NCBI GenBank assembly: GCA_951406725.2
Contig: OX597820.1
Coordinates: 81,468,001-81,532,000 of the forward strand
DNA: 64,000 nt
Source of the DNA: Octopus vulgaris
Taxonomy: Eukaryota
Reading direction: 5' to 3'
Part shown: positions 28,765 through 41,330 of the stretch, one piece after another
Layout: the number at the start of each line of letters is the position of its first letter
How positions within the stretch are numbered: the first letter of the stretch is position 1
Made by a program: the position numbers and the translations under genes
The notes under the pieces: generated by a model
Databases searched by the model: none
What the model was told of the DNA's origin: nothing
Seen by the model: the letters and a program-made list of their open reading frames with translations, nothing else

Positions 28765-29169
28765 TTGATCAAAATAAAATAAAAACATGGTATATATATA
28801 TATTCCATATATATATGCATATATATATATACATAAAATATATATATATCTCTTTTTGAGAGAAGAAAGAGATGGACGCTTCAATTCTATGCTGCTGCCG
28901 CATTATGTCGTACGTGGATGAGAGGATTTGCATCCCCAACCAAGAATTTTTGATGTAACACGTGTCCTTGCGGAAGGTGTTGTGCGCGGCTGAAGAAGGC
29001 CACAGACATACATTATGCATTGTTATAAATCTGTCTAATAAAGGCCCGAAACATATGCACCGCTAATCCTTCGCATCATGTTTTTATTTTATTTTGATCA
29101 ATTTACTCCACCACCTACACCACCAAACGGTATACACAGGTGCTTATAATTATCAAGTACTCACCCCGA

Positions 29170-29270
<101 letters not shown>

Positions 29271-29825
29271 CTGGCACTCCGTCTATTATGACAGTGAGGG
29301 TTCCAGTTGATCCGATCAACGGAACAGCCTGTTCTTGAAATTGACGTGCAAGTGACTGAGCACTCCACACACGCGTACACTTAACGAGTATAGTTACTAC
29401 TCGTTTTTGCCAGCTGAATGGACTGGAGCAACGTGAAATAAAGTGTCTTGCTCAAGATATATATATATCTGTGTGTGTGTATGCACCATGAGCTTCTCTC
29501 AGTCACCAAATCCACTCATGACTTTAATCGACCCAGGACTAGGGTAGAAGACACAAGGTTTCACGCAATTGGACTAAAATCAGAACCAAGTGATTGGAAA
29601 TGAAACCGCTTACCACACAACCAAAAATGAGCCATGGGAAATAACTAGAAATGGCTAGTAACATGCATTTGAATAACTCAGACAAATACCGGTAGTCAAA
29701 TAACATACTTAATAAAATTATCTTCGCCTCTACAGGATGTATCGTAATTACTAAATTGCTATTATAGCTAGCTTCAATTGGTTTAAGAACTCACCGCACA
29801 CTGGCAGACAGACAGACACACACAT

Positions 29826-29902
<77 letters not shown>

Positions 29903-30599
29903 CTTGATGATACAAACACGAACGCAAAACATGAGTTTATAAAATTAATTGAGGCAGAGACAGGCAGTATTAATATCAAAAGGTGATATTCATTCCCACT
30001 TAAAAGTGGATGTTGTGTTGCAGCAAAGAATACTGTGATAGTAAGCATGAGCCGAAACTCTCATATTGGCTTTCGGTGCATATAAACACTCTTGTTTACA
30101 TCGCTAGCGAGGGAATAAACCACCCGACATTACCACCACCGAGGCTACCAGATCATGTGATTCCGGCCTTCCCTGGCCTTGTCAATAATAAAAGCTCAAA
30201 GGCTGGAGATAGCAGCGATATCTCTACAAGGGACTAGTGTTGCGAATAGCCAGTGGGCTTATTAAAAAATAATTATTAGCAACAGAAGTAGTTTTAATAC
30301 CAAAATGTGATATATATTCTCATCTAAAGTTGGATGTTTTATAATTTCAGTACAAATATTTCTGTCGCTAACAATAATTTTTTAATGAGTCCTTGAAAGG
30401 TGTATAATGAGAGGCAAGGTTCACGATATCGGACGAAGATCGCCTTCTCCCATTAAAATTGTTCTTTGTGTTGTTTCAGGTTCCAGTAGGCGAGGAAAGA
30501 AGTCTCAAGTGGAAATGCAATTCACAACCAGTTTTATTTACGTAGTTACACAGAATAAATGATGTGTGTCGCTCTCAGTAGACCATCTCAAGCTGTGTA

Positions 30600-31180
30600 C
30601 GTTTCGTTGTATCTCCGTTAACGTGGGCTGGAGATACGACGTGCAGACAGGAATAGCCTAGAGACCCAGCTAGTAAATATGTGTGTTCAGCAAGCGCTTG
30701 CGGTGAAGAAGAGAGAGAATCTGTTTGTTGGGCCCTTATATCCAGTTTGCCATCGCGAGCCTCGTTGTGATCTGGCGCATGGCAAATGGATGCAGGTGAG
30801 ATCTCGCTCCAGTCTCGGAGATGGCAATGGCTGCCGGCCAGATCTCATCCAATATGGCGCTCACTGCTTGTGTCGCTACGGGTGGATGAATGTGGCGAGG
30901 ACGGCCCGTGTGAGTGGGCCTAGCCTGAATATACGCTTGTGAGGAAGAGAGAGTTACATGTCTAAGGTGCCCACACATCCTAGACGAGGTGACCAGGATG
31001 TGTAGGGTTCCTTAGTTGGCCATGGGTGGAACACCTGCCTTTTGGGGAATTTTATTGTTTAAATTTTGTTGTTATTATTTTTATTGTATACACGTATTTT
31101 TGTGCTAAGTCCCACTTGACCCTTGTTTTGTATTGTCTCCTTTTGCATTGTATTCGACCCTTGTGGCCAATAAACAAAAT
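30600..31180 (+). mobile_element. Probable L1/Tx1-group LINE 3' end
   Basis: Decayed coding-like region (..WMNVARTAR..), then a T-rich UTR ending CCCTTGTGGCCAATAAA before microsatellites; related tails at ~7433 (+), 27045 (-), 37045 (-) and 53295 (-). Confidence 0.5.
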
Positions 31181-31325
31181 ATTGTTGTCGTTGTTGTTGT
31201 TCTCGCTTCTTCTTCTTCTTCTTCTTCTTCTTCTTCTTCTTCTTCTTCTTCTTCTTCTTCTTCTTCTTCTTCTTCATCTTCTTCTTCATCTTCTTCATCT
31301 TCTTCTTCTTCATCTTCTACTTCTA

Positions 31326-31391
<66 letters not shown>

Positions 31392-31412
31392 GTTGTTGTT
31401 ATTATTATTATT

Positions 31413-31960
31413 GAGTCAGAGAGCAGTGCATGTCATCAAAGTGACACTGGGGTAAGATATACGAAACCCCAGTATACCCATCATGACTACCTGTCTGAGG
31501 GTACACCAGGCACATGCATCGCAACCATATATGCGCGACATGGTGATCTCATATCAAGATAAACAGCGCATGACCTTGCAGGTGGGGCTCAGTTAGAATT
31601 TTCTTCAGGTCGAGTAACCCATGCCACTCAAAAGGTCGCTGACATAGATTTGCTTAGGGATGATGAACAAAACACCCATGTTTTCAAGGGTGAATTATCC
31701 AAACCTCAAACACCCATCAGCACATAGCTATGATGTTCCCCCACCACTTCTCTTCGTGATCACAGATGCACATATCATCAGCCACCAAGGGACATGCTGA
31801 ATTGGTTAAGGTGAAGCAACTGACAAACAAATCTGTGGTATTGAGCAGAATATTTGCTGTAGCCCATCATTTATACCAAGACAAAACAACGTACATGATA
31901 ACACTTCCAATCAGTTAAGATCAGAAGCCATGAGAGCCACTGCCTGGTGCATCAGGGTGT
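31413..31960 (-). mobile_element. Full-length ~550-bp non-coding element flanked by (TTA)n and (TTC)n
   Basis: Complete copy from GAGTCAGAGAGCAGTGCATG to GCCACTGCCTGGTGCATCAGGG; aligns end to end with the reverse complement of 38420-38950. Confidence 0.85.
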
Positions 31961-31992
31961 TTCTTCTTCTTCTTCTTCTTCTTCTTCTTCTT

Positions 31993-34900
31993 GGACAAGT
32001 GGACAGTTGATCGAATTTTCTGTAGTGGACAGTTGATCGAATTTGCACAAGTGGACAGTTGATCGAATATTCGCTAGTGGACAGTTGATAGAATTTTCGC
32101 TAGTGGACAGTTGATCGAATTTTTGCTAGTGGACAGTTGATCGAATTTTTGCTAGTGGACAGTTGATCGAATTTGCACAAGTGGACAGTTGATCGAATTT
32201 TCGCAAGTGGACAGTTGATCGAATTTTCACTAGTAGACAGTTGATCGAATTTACACAAGTGGACTGTTTATCGAATTTTCGCAAGTGTGCAGTTGATCGA
32301 ATTTTTGCTAGTGGACAGTTGATCAAATTTGCACAGGTGGACAGTTGATCGAATTTACACAAGTGGACAGTTGATCGAATTTTCGCAAGTGGACTGTTGA
32401 TCGAATTTTTGCTAGTAGACAGTTGATCGAATTTGCACAAGTGGACAATTGATCGAATTTACACAAGTGGACAGTTCATCGAATTTTCGCAAGTGGAGAG
32501 TTGATCTAATTTTCGCTAGTGGACAGTTCATCAAATTTTTGCTAGTAGACAGTTGATCAAATTTACACAAGTGTACAGTTGATCGAATTTTCGCAAGTGG
32601 AGAGTTGATCGAATTTACACAAGTGGACAGTTGATCGAATTTACACAAGTGGACAGTTGATCGAATTTTCGCAAGTCGACAGTTGATCGAATTTTTGCTA
32701 GTGGACAGTTGATCGAATTTTTGCTTGTAGACAGTTGATCGAATTTTCGCAAGTGGAGAGTTGATCGATTTTTCGCTAGTGGAAAGTTGATCGAATTGAC
32801 ACAGTGGACAGTTGATCGAATTTTTGCAAGTAGACAGTTGATCGAATTTTTGCTAGTAAACAGTTGATCGAATTTGCAGAGTTGGACAGTTGATCGTATT
32901 TTCGCCAGTGGACAGTTGATCGAATTTTCAGAAGTGGACAGTTGATTGAATTTTCGCTAGTGGACAGTTGATTGAATTTTTGATAGTAGACAGTTGATCG
33001 AATTTGCACAAGTGGACAGTTGATCGAATTTTCGCAAGTGGACAGTTGATCGAATTTTTGCTAGTGGACAGTTGATCGAATTTTTGCTTGTAGACAGTTG
33101 ATCGAATTTTCGCAAGTGGAGAGTTGATCGATTTTTCGCTAGTGGAAAGTTGATCGAATTGACACAGTGGACAGTTGATCGAATTTTTGCAAGTAGACAG
33201 TTGATCGAATTTTTGCTAGTAAACAGTTGATCGAATTTGCAGAGTTGGACAGTTGATCGTATTTTCGCCAGTGGACAGTTGATCGAATTTTCAGAAGTGG
33301 ACAGTTGATTGAATTTTCGCTAGTGGACAGTTGATTGAATTTTTGATAGTAGACAGTTGATCGAATTTGCACAAGTGGACAGCTGATCGAATTTTCGCAA
33401 GTGGACAGTTGATCGAATTTTCGCAAGTGGACAGTTGATCGAATTTTTGCTAGTGGACAGTTGATCGAATTTTTGCAAGTGGACGGTTGATCGAATTTTC
33501 GGAATTGGACAGTTGATCGAATTTTTGCTTGTGGATAGTTGATCGAATTTTCGCAAGTGCACAGTTGTTCGAATTTTTGCTAGTGGACAGTTGATTGAAT
33601 TTTTGCAAGTGGACAGTTGATCGAATTTTCGGAATTGGACAGTTGATCGAATTCTTGCTAGTGGAAAGTTGATCGAATTTTCGGAAGTGGACAGTTGATC
33701 GAATTTTTGCTAGTGGACAGTTGATCGAATTTCTGCTAGTGGACAGTTGATCGAATTTTCGGAAGTAGACAGTTGATCGAATTTTTGCTAGTGGACAGAT
33801 GATCGAATTTTTGCTAGTGGACAGTTGATCAAATTTGCACAAGTGGACAGTTGATCGAATTTTCGGAAGGGGACAGTTGATCGAATTTTTGCTAGCGGAC
33901 AGTTGATCGAACTTTTGCTAGTGGACAGTTGATCGAATTTGCACAAGTGGACAGATGATCGAATTTTCGCAAGTGGCCACTTGATTAAATTTTTGTTAGT
34001 AGACAGTTGACCGAATTTGCACACATGGACAGTTGATCGAATTTTCGCTAATGGAGTGTTGATCGAATTTATACAAGTGTACATTTGATCTAATTTTCCC
34101 AAGGTCACAGCTGATTGAATTTTTCCTAGTAGACAGTTGATCGAATTTGCATAAGTGGACAGTTGATCGAATTTTCACAAGTGGACAGTTGATCCAATTT
34201 TCTGAAGTAGACAGATGATCGAATTGGCACCAGTGAACAGTTGATTGAATTTAGCACAAAGGGAGAGTTGATTGAGGTTTCGCCAGAGGACAATTGATCG
34301 AATTTTCACAAGTGGACAGTTAATCGAATTTTCACAAGTGGTCAGTTGATCGAATTTTTGGAAGTGGACAGTTGATCGAATTTTCGCTTGTGTACAGTAG
34401 AAAGAATTTGCGATCGTTGGCAGTTGATCGAAATTTCATTCTTGGACAATTGATCGAATTTTTGCAAGTGGACAGTTGATCGAATTTTAGCTAGTGGAAT
34501 GTTGATCGAATTTGCACAAATGGACAGTTGATCGAATTCTCGCAAGTGGACAGTTGATCGAATTTTCGCAAGTGGACAGTTGATCGAATTTTCGCAAGTG
34601 GACAGTTGATCGAATTTTCGCAAGTGGACAGTTGATCGAATTTTCGCAAGTGGACAGTTGATCGAATTTTCGCAAGTGGACAGTTGATCGAATTTTCGCA
34701 AGTGGGCAGTTGATCGAATTTTTGCAAGTGGACAGTTGATCGAATATGCGCAGGTGGACAGTTGATCGAATTTGCATATGTGGACAGTTGATCGAGGTTT
34801 CGCAAGTGGCCACTTGATTAAATTTTTGTTAGTAGACAGTTGACCGAATTTGCACAAGTGGACAGTTGAACGAATTTTCGCTCGTGGACAGTTGTTCGAA

Positions 34901-35775
34901 TTTATACAAGTGGACAGTTGATCGAATTTTCGCTTGTGTACAGTTGAAATAATTTGCGATCGTTGGCAGTTGATCGAAATTTCGCTCTTGGACAGTTGAT
35001 CGAATTTTTGCAAGTGGACAGTTGATCGAAATTTAGCTAGTGGACTGTTGATCGAATTTGCACAAGTGGACAGTTGATCGAACTATCGCAAGTGGACAAT
35101 TTGATCGAATTTGCACAAGTGGACAGTTGATCGAACTATCGCAAGTGGACAGTTGATCGAATCTTCGCAAATGGACAGTTGATCGAATTTTCGCAAGTGG
35201 ACAGTTGATTGAATTTTCGCAACTGGACAGTTGATCGAATTTTCACAAGTGGGCAGTTGATCGAATTTACGCAAGTGGACAGTTGATCGAATTCTTGCTA
35301 CTAGACAGTTGATCGAATTTGCACACGTGGACAGTTGATCGAATTTTTGCTGTACAGTTGAAAGAATATGCGTTCGTTTGCAGTACGCTAGGTGACTATC
35401 AAATTTGCACTAGCTGACAGTTGATCGAATTTGCACAATTGAAAACTTAATCGAATGTGGGCTTGTGGACAGTTGATCGAATTTACGTTAGTGGATATTT
35501 GATCGAATTTGCACTAGTGGTCAATAGATCGAATGTGAGCTAGTGGGCTGTAGATTGAATTTGCGTCAGAGGACAGTTGATCGATTTTGCACAAGATAGA
35601 CAGTTGATAGAATTTTCACAAGTGGATAGTTGATCGAATTTTCGCTAGTGGACGATCGAATTTGCACTAGTGAACAGTTGATCGAATTTGCACAACTGGA
35701 AACTTAATCGAATTTGCAGAAGTGGACAGTTGATCGAATTTACGCTAGTGGATATTTGATCGAATATGCGCTAGT
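31993..35775. repeat. Tandem array of ~145 x 26-bp units, consensus AGTGGACAGTTGATCGAATT + variable ~6 nt (TTCGCA / TGCACA / TTTGCT / TACACA...)
   Basis: Period 26 counted directly (e.g. 32161/32187/32213; 34561/34587); 363-bp higher-order duplication (32761 versus 33124). Confidence 0.95.
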
Positions 35776-35780
35776 ACAGA

Positions 35781-36290
35781 GTTTACTGATCATGCTTCAA
35801 GAACCCTGCGAAGAACTTTTCAAGTTCCAAGCAATCCTAATTTCTGTATGTGTTCTATCTTTACATTTGCACCAATCCTTTTGAGGAACGTTGGTAGGTG
35901 AGTGCTGTTACTTTCTAGTCCGTCAATTACTACTGGTATTACATCCACTCTCTTCATTGACCTCAACCTACGAATTTCCCATTATAATTGTTCGCTTTTT
36001 CGTATTTCTCTTTGATCCCGTTGTCCCTGGGACATGCTATGTCGATTATCATGCTAGTTGTTTTCTTTTTTTTCACTACAACAATATCAGGTTTCCCATG
36101 TCTGATCTGATGGTCCCACTGAGTCACTGCGTCCCACAGGATTTTGCGATCATCATTTTCAGTAACTCCTTCCGGGATTTGGTCATGTCACATATTTCAT
36201 CTTTCTAGGTCATAATTTCCGCAAATCTCCCAGTGGAGCCACACTGTCATGTCATTTTTTTTATTTCCGATTATTGTAATTGATTTGACT
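35781..36290 (-). mobile_element. R4/Dong-clade restriction-like endonuclease (RLE) C-terminal fragment
   Basis: ENDDRKILWDAVTQWDHQIRHGKPDIVVVKK...MIIDIACPGD...VIPVVI...LLGT...LRRVLEA*: a PD-(D/E)xK-type RLE region. Confidence 0.8.
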
Positions 36291-36360
36291 GACAGAACAA
36301 ATCCCCGGTACACAAAAGATGTTCAATCTACAACAGTATTGGACACTGTGCGACATCTTC

Positions 36361-36417
<57 letters not shown>

Positions 36418-36444
36418 AATAATAACAATAATAATAAATAAATA

Positions 36445-36819
36445 AAAATGCTTTCTAATTGATGTATCAATACCAGCAGATGACAACGTGTCTCTAAAAG
36501 AAATGGAGAAACTTTCAAAATATAAAGACCTGGAAATAGAGGTAACTAGAATGTGGAATCTAAAAATAGAAACAATTCCTATCATAGTAGGTGCATTAGG
36601 CATGATAAAAATATTCAGACAAATACATAACAAAAACACCAGGACTTACAAACACATATAACATACAGAAAATTGCACTACTAGGCACTGCACACATCCA
36701 ACGCAGAACACTTTCAATACAGTAACCATCAGAGCATCACAACAAATCACAGCACCTACCCAAGGCACACAGAGCTGTGCTCGGTAGTGAAGTTAAAGCA
36801 CGCTATAAAAATAAAACTA

Positions 36820-36822
<3 letters not shown>
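36445..36822 (+). mobile_element. Second R4/Dong-clade family, 5'-truncated 3' end between (CAA/TAA)n and (TAA)n
   Basis: KCFLIDVSIPADDNVSLKEMEKLSKYKDLEIEVTRMWNLKIETIPIIVGALGMIK...IQKIALLGTAHI.RRTL, then a UTR and (AAT)n. Confidence 0.85.
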
Positions 36823-36875
<53 letters not shown>

Positions 36876-36906
36876 TAATAATAATAATGATAGTAATATT
36901 ATTATT

Positions 36907-37020
<114 letters not shown>

Positions 37021-37039
37021 AATAATAATAATAATAAAT

Positions 37040-38400
37040 GATTTCTTTATTAACCACAAGGGTTTACTTGAATTAAAACATTATGGACAGTACAGGACAA
37101 AACAATTAAATAATGTATGTGTACGTGTGTGCGTGTGTGTAATTGTGAGGGTTTTGCGTGTAAACAAGGTTAAGATAATTAAAAAAGTGAGATCAACAAC
37201 GTGTAATCCTCAATAGGAAGGAGACTTCGAGGGCTGCTCATGGAAAAACCCCATAAAAACCATGAGCGCCCTGACTTTTGAGGCTGGTGCCTTTTATTGT
37301 TTCCGCTTTCTTTCCTCTTTCCAACTACAGGCGTATGCTCAGGGCTGGGCCCGTTCACTCGTACCATTCTCGCAATTTTCATCCACCTTTAAACAAACTG
37401 ACTAGAAGAAAACACTTCTCTCTCTATCCTTATTTTCATTTTCAGGGATTGACCAAAGAGAAAAGTGTTTGTTTTCAGTCCCTTTCCCTGAGGTTGTTGA
37501 GCAAGTGACCCCCGCTTCTAAGGCGACCCCAGGCCACGTACATTCACGCTGCCGATTTTGTACACGACCATGTTGTCGGAAAAAGAGAAGAAAAGAAAGG
37601 GAAAACTTACTTTGTTTTTTTTGGAGGGGGTGGACTGCCCGTCCCTTCCGTTGGCTTGGAGTGTTTCCAGCAGCAAATCACTAAGAATGGTGATATTCTG
37701 GGCGAAAATCTCCAATTTCCTGTGGAAAATGGCTTTTTAAGTGTGTGTATATGTTTTGTGTTGTTTCAACGATTTGTATGTGTGCAGGTAGGGAGAATGT
37801 GGGTGTGACAAAACCTTTTGCTGTAATGTTTGCGCGTGTTATCATATATTTCATTAATTCATCGTTGTTTGAATTTATTACAATGTAGTTCGTAATGATA
37901 CTGACTTTATTTTGTGTTTGTTGTTATTGTGGTTGTGGTGGTTGTGATTGTTGTTGTTGCGTGTGTGGAATGACTTGTGTTTTAGGTTGTTAGAGGTGGT
38001 GGTGTCGATGCAGTGTTTGTTTTTAGGCGTGTTTGTTTTTGTTGTTTTGATTTTTTTCCTGTCCACTTTTTGTGCGGATGAGGACTATTTTTGTTGTTTG
38101 TCCATATGTTTATTTTTCCTTCTGTCTCTTTTAGGTTTTTTTTTTCTTTGCTTTTTTATTTTTAACTGTTAGTTTTCATCGCGGTCCGTCTCTCCAGCTG
38201 CGATTTTCACCAGCTGTGCATCGGGAAGTGGAACATCTTCAGGCGCTGAGAAGTGTTTGGGTGAACTCGATGTCGGTATGGTTGTTGGTGTTTGTGGTGC
38301 TATGCCTAAATCTGCTGATGGTGATGGTACTGCTGCTGCTGTCGCTGGAGTTCTGGTGGCCGTTGTTGGTGGCCGATTCTGCCAGCTCTCCACCTTAACG
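37040..38400 (-). mobile_element. Internally deleted L1/Tx1-group LINE (ORF1-like remnant, start of APE endonuclease, 3' UTR)
   Basis: MVVYKIGSVNVRGLGSP*KRG..LNNL is an APE N-terminal S.NVRGL motif at ~37570-37490, followed within ~450 bp by the CCCTTGTGGTTAATAAAGAAA tail. Confidence 0.6.
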
Positions 38401-38419
38401 ACAACAACAACAACAACAA

Positions 38420-38950
38420 CAAATGCCCTGGTGCAATATTAGGCAGTGGCTTTCATGGCTTCTCAAATTAACTGATTGAAAGTGTTATCATGTACCTTCT
38501 TTTGTCTTGGTATAAAAGATGGGCTACAGAAAATATTCTGCTCAATACCACAGATTTGCTTGTCAGTTGTTTGACCATAATCAGTTAAGCATGTCCCTTA
38601 GTGGCTGATGATATGTGCATCTCTGATCAAGAGCAGAAGTAGTTGGGGAGCATCAGAGCCATGTGTTAAGAGGAGTTCTTTGGGACTTGGATAATTCACC
38701 CCTGGAAACATGGGTGTTTTGTTCAACATCCTTAAACAAGGTTCTCATTTAGGGACCTTTTGAGCGGGATGGTTTACTCGACCCGAAGAAAATTCTAATT
38801 AATTGATATAAGATCATCATGTCATGCACTTATGGTTGTGATGTATGTGCCTGGTGTACCCTTATCAGACGGGTAGTCATGATGAGTATAATGGGCTTCG
38901 TATATTTCACCCCAGTGTCACTTTGATGGCATGCACTGCACTCTCACTGA
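38420..38950 (+). mobile_element. Full-length ~550-bp (TAA)n-associated element
   Basis: Begins AATGCCCTGGTGCA after (CAA)n; ends ..GCATGCACTGCACTCTCACTGAATAAAAATAAT before (CTA)n(TAA)n. Confidence 0.85.
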
Positions 38951-38966
38951 ATAAAAATAATAAAAA

Positions 38967-39007
<41 letters not shown>

Positions 39008-39169
39008 ATAATAATAATAATAATAATAATAATGATAATAATAATAATAATGGCACCGAATACTATTGGCCATTATTGGCCACTACTTAAAGCACTGATA
39101 AGATATTTCTTATTGTCTCTTTGAGAAGTCAATTTATCTGACAATAGTAGTAGTAGCTGTAGTAGTAGT

Positions 39170-39245
<76 letters not shown>

Positions 39246-39919
39246 ATAGTAGTAGTAGCAGCAGCAGCAGCTTCAGTATTAGATTATAGACACATACACA
39301 CACATGCAAAATCACACACACACACACAGACAAATATATATTCAATTAAAATAAATATATTTATAAATTTATACTCACAGCATTCGTTCTCTCAGTGGAA
39401 TTATCTCGCTCAAAGTGTCCAGATTTAGCCATTGATAACCGAACTCAGAGGCATCATATTTGTTATATCGTCTGCGACTTGACATATCACGATTGGTAGT
39501 CGAGATAGTTCTGTGAAGTGAAAAGGGATTCGATGCATTAGAATTGTTCACCAACAGGTTATAAAACTTTCTAGCCACTCTGTAGAAGAAGAATCTACAG
39601 TTTACTACTATAAGTGCACAGGAAAAGGCCCTCTTGACCTCGATGAGACCTATAACGGGAATTTTTATTCTCTGTGTAACACTTAGATATCTCATCAATC
39701 TAACTAGAAAGTTTTCTTTTTATTAGGTTTGTTTAATTTGAGAACTAGAAGCAGCTGATACAGGCATTTAGCTGAATTATTCGTTACTTTGACATAAAAT
39801 TGAATCTAGGGAGAATATTTATCAAAAGTAAAATATTTACTGAGACGGCTTTCACCTACATGCATGCATACACGCACACACAAATATGTGTACATACATA
39901 CATACATACATACATACAT

Positions 39920-41330
39920 ACATACATACAACAAAATATCCTAAAGCAAGCCTAATTCCTGGGCAAAAAATATGTGACTCTTGCAGGAAAACTTTGCCCA
40001 CATTTCAAATTGGACCATCATCAAAAGGTACGAGAGATGATATATCAACTACCACTGAAGTGACTGCATCATCAACAGATGTCTTCCTTGAAGAAAATGC
40101 AGAATTAGAGATCCTCAACAACGCTCTATCTGAAATTGGAGAATCTCCAATAAAAAAAAAAATTAAAAAAACAAACAAACAAAAAAAAGATTCTACCATC
40201 ATGTATGCTGAAAAAGAAAAAAAAATGTATGCTGATAAAGAAAAAAAATCAAAAATGCTTTTGCTCAAAAAATGCAAATAATTTCACCTTGACGGTAAAT
40301 CGGTGAATCATCATCTTGAAAGTGAAATAATCAAACAGTTAACAGAAAAATTCACAAGAACAGAAGAAAGATCAGAAAAACTGCAAATTTTAATAATTCT
40401 GCCAAAAAGCTGGTCTCTGAGAAAAATACCAAAGGAATTCAATGTACCTGATGACATGGCTAGACAAGCTAAAATGCAGGTCAATGACCAAGGGATTTTA
40501 TTACGTCCTAGCCGTAGAAAAAGGACATTTTTTTCTATGTAAAAATGAAGTAAGCAGAGTTATTCCAGGAAAAAAGATTACAAATCAGTAAAAAAGATGG
40601 CAAAAGAGTCCATGAGCGAAAGTACCTCATAATTTGTAACCTAAAGGAAGCCTTCCTATTGTTTAAATAAAAAATCCTGAAATCGAAATTAGTTTCTCAA
40701 AATTTGCCGAACTAAGGCCAAAAGAATGCATATTTGAAGGTAGTACTGGTACACAATGTATGTGTATGCACCATTCATCAGAATGTCAAACTAATGCATT
40801 ATGGCATGAAACTAGCTGATTTAACCAAGGATATGAAGTTTCACTTGATTGATTATAAACAATGTTTGGAATCAATTACTTGCAACTCAACAACAAACGA
40901 CTACTATATGGACAACTGTTTAAATTGTAATTCTTTGCTAGAAGAGCTTGAAAAATTCTGATTTGAAATGTTTAATGTGAACATGATTGATGAAGTACAG
41001 TAAAAGCAATGGCTAACAACAGACTGGACAATCCTAGAAAATATAACAAAATCAACAGATGATTTTGTTGAAATTTTCTGACAAAAGTTGAAAACACTTA
41101 AAGTACAAGATTTTATTGCAAAGGAACTATCTAAATTTTGTACTTCAAGAAAAGAATCTTTAAGTGAAGGAGAACCATGCACAAGACACTATTCATCCAT
41201 TTGTCTGTTATTATAAACAAAGCAATGATGTGACAAAGCAATGATATACAGTCGGATATAATAACAATGTTGTTATTATATCCGACCATTTAGCATGCAA
41301 AGTTTGAAAGAAATCAATTTCGGTCACCTT
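39920..41330 (+). pseudogene. Decayed DNA-transposon transposase, Sola2-like
   Basis: PGQKICDSCRK; KLQILIILPKSWS..KI..EF; SRVIPGKKDY; CNLKEAF..FK; ISFSKFAELRPKEC; VCVCTIHQNVKLM; many stops and frameshifts. Family assignment is from recalled motifs. Confidence 0.65.

Noticed and set aside
30460-30563. Possible terminal exon after TTCTTTGTGTTGTTTCAG
   Set aside because: Short peptide with no recognisable homology, adjacent to a LINE remnant; cannot be supported.
31993-35775. CRISPR array or C2H2 zinc-finger gene
   Set aside because: Variable segments are only ~6 nt and recur; no cas genes; eukaryotic context; the peptide lacks C-x2-C..H-x3-H spacing and the period is not a multiple of 3.
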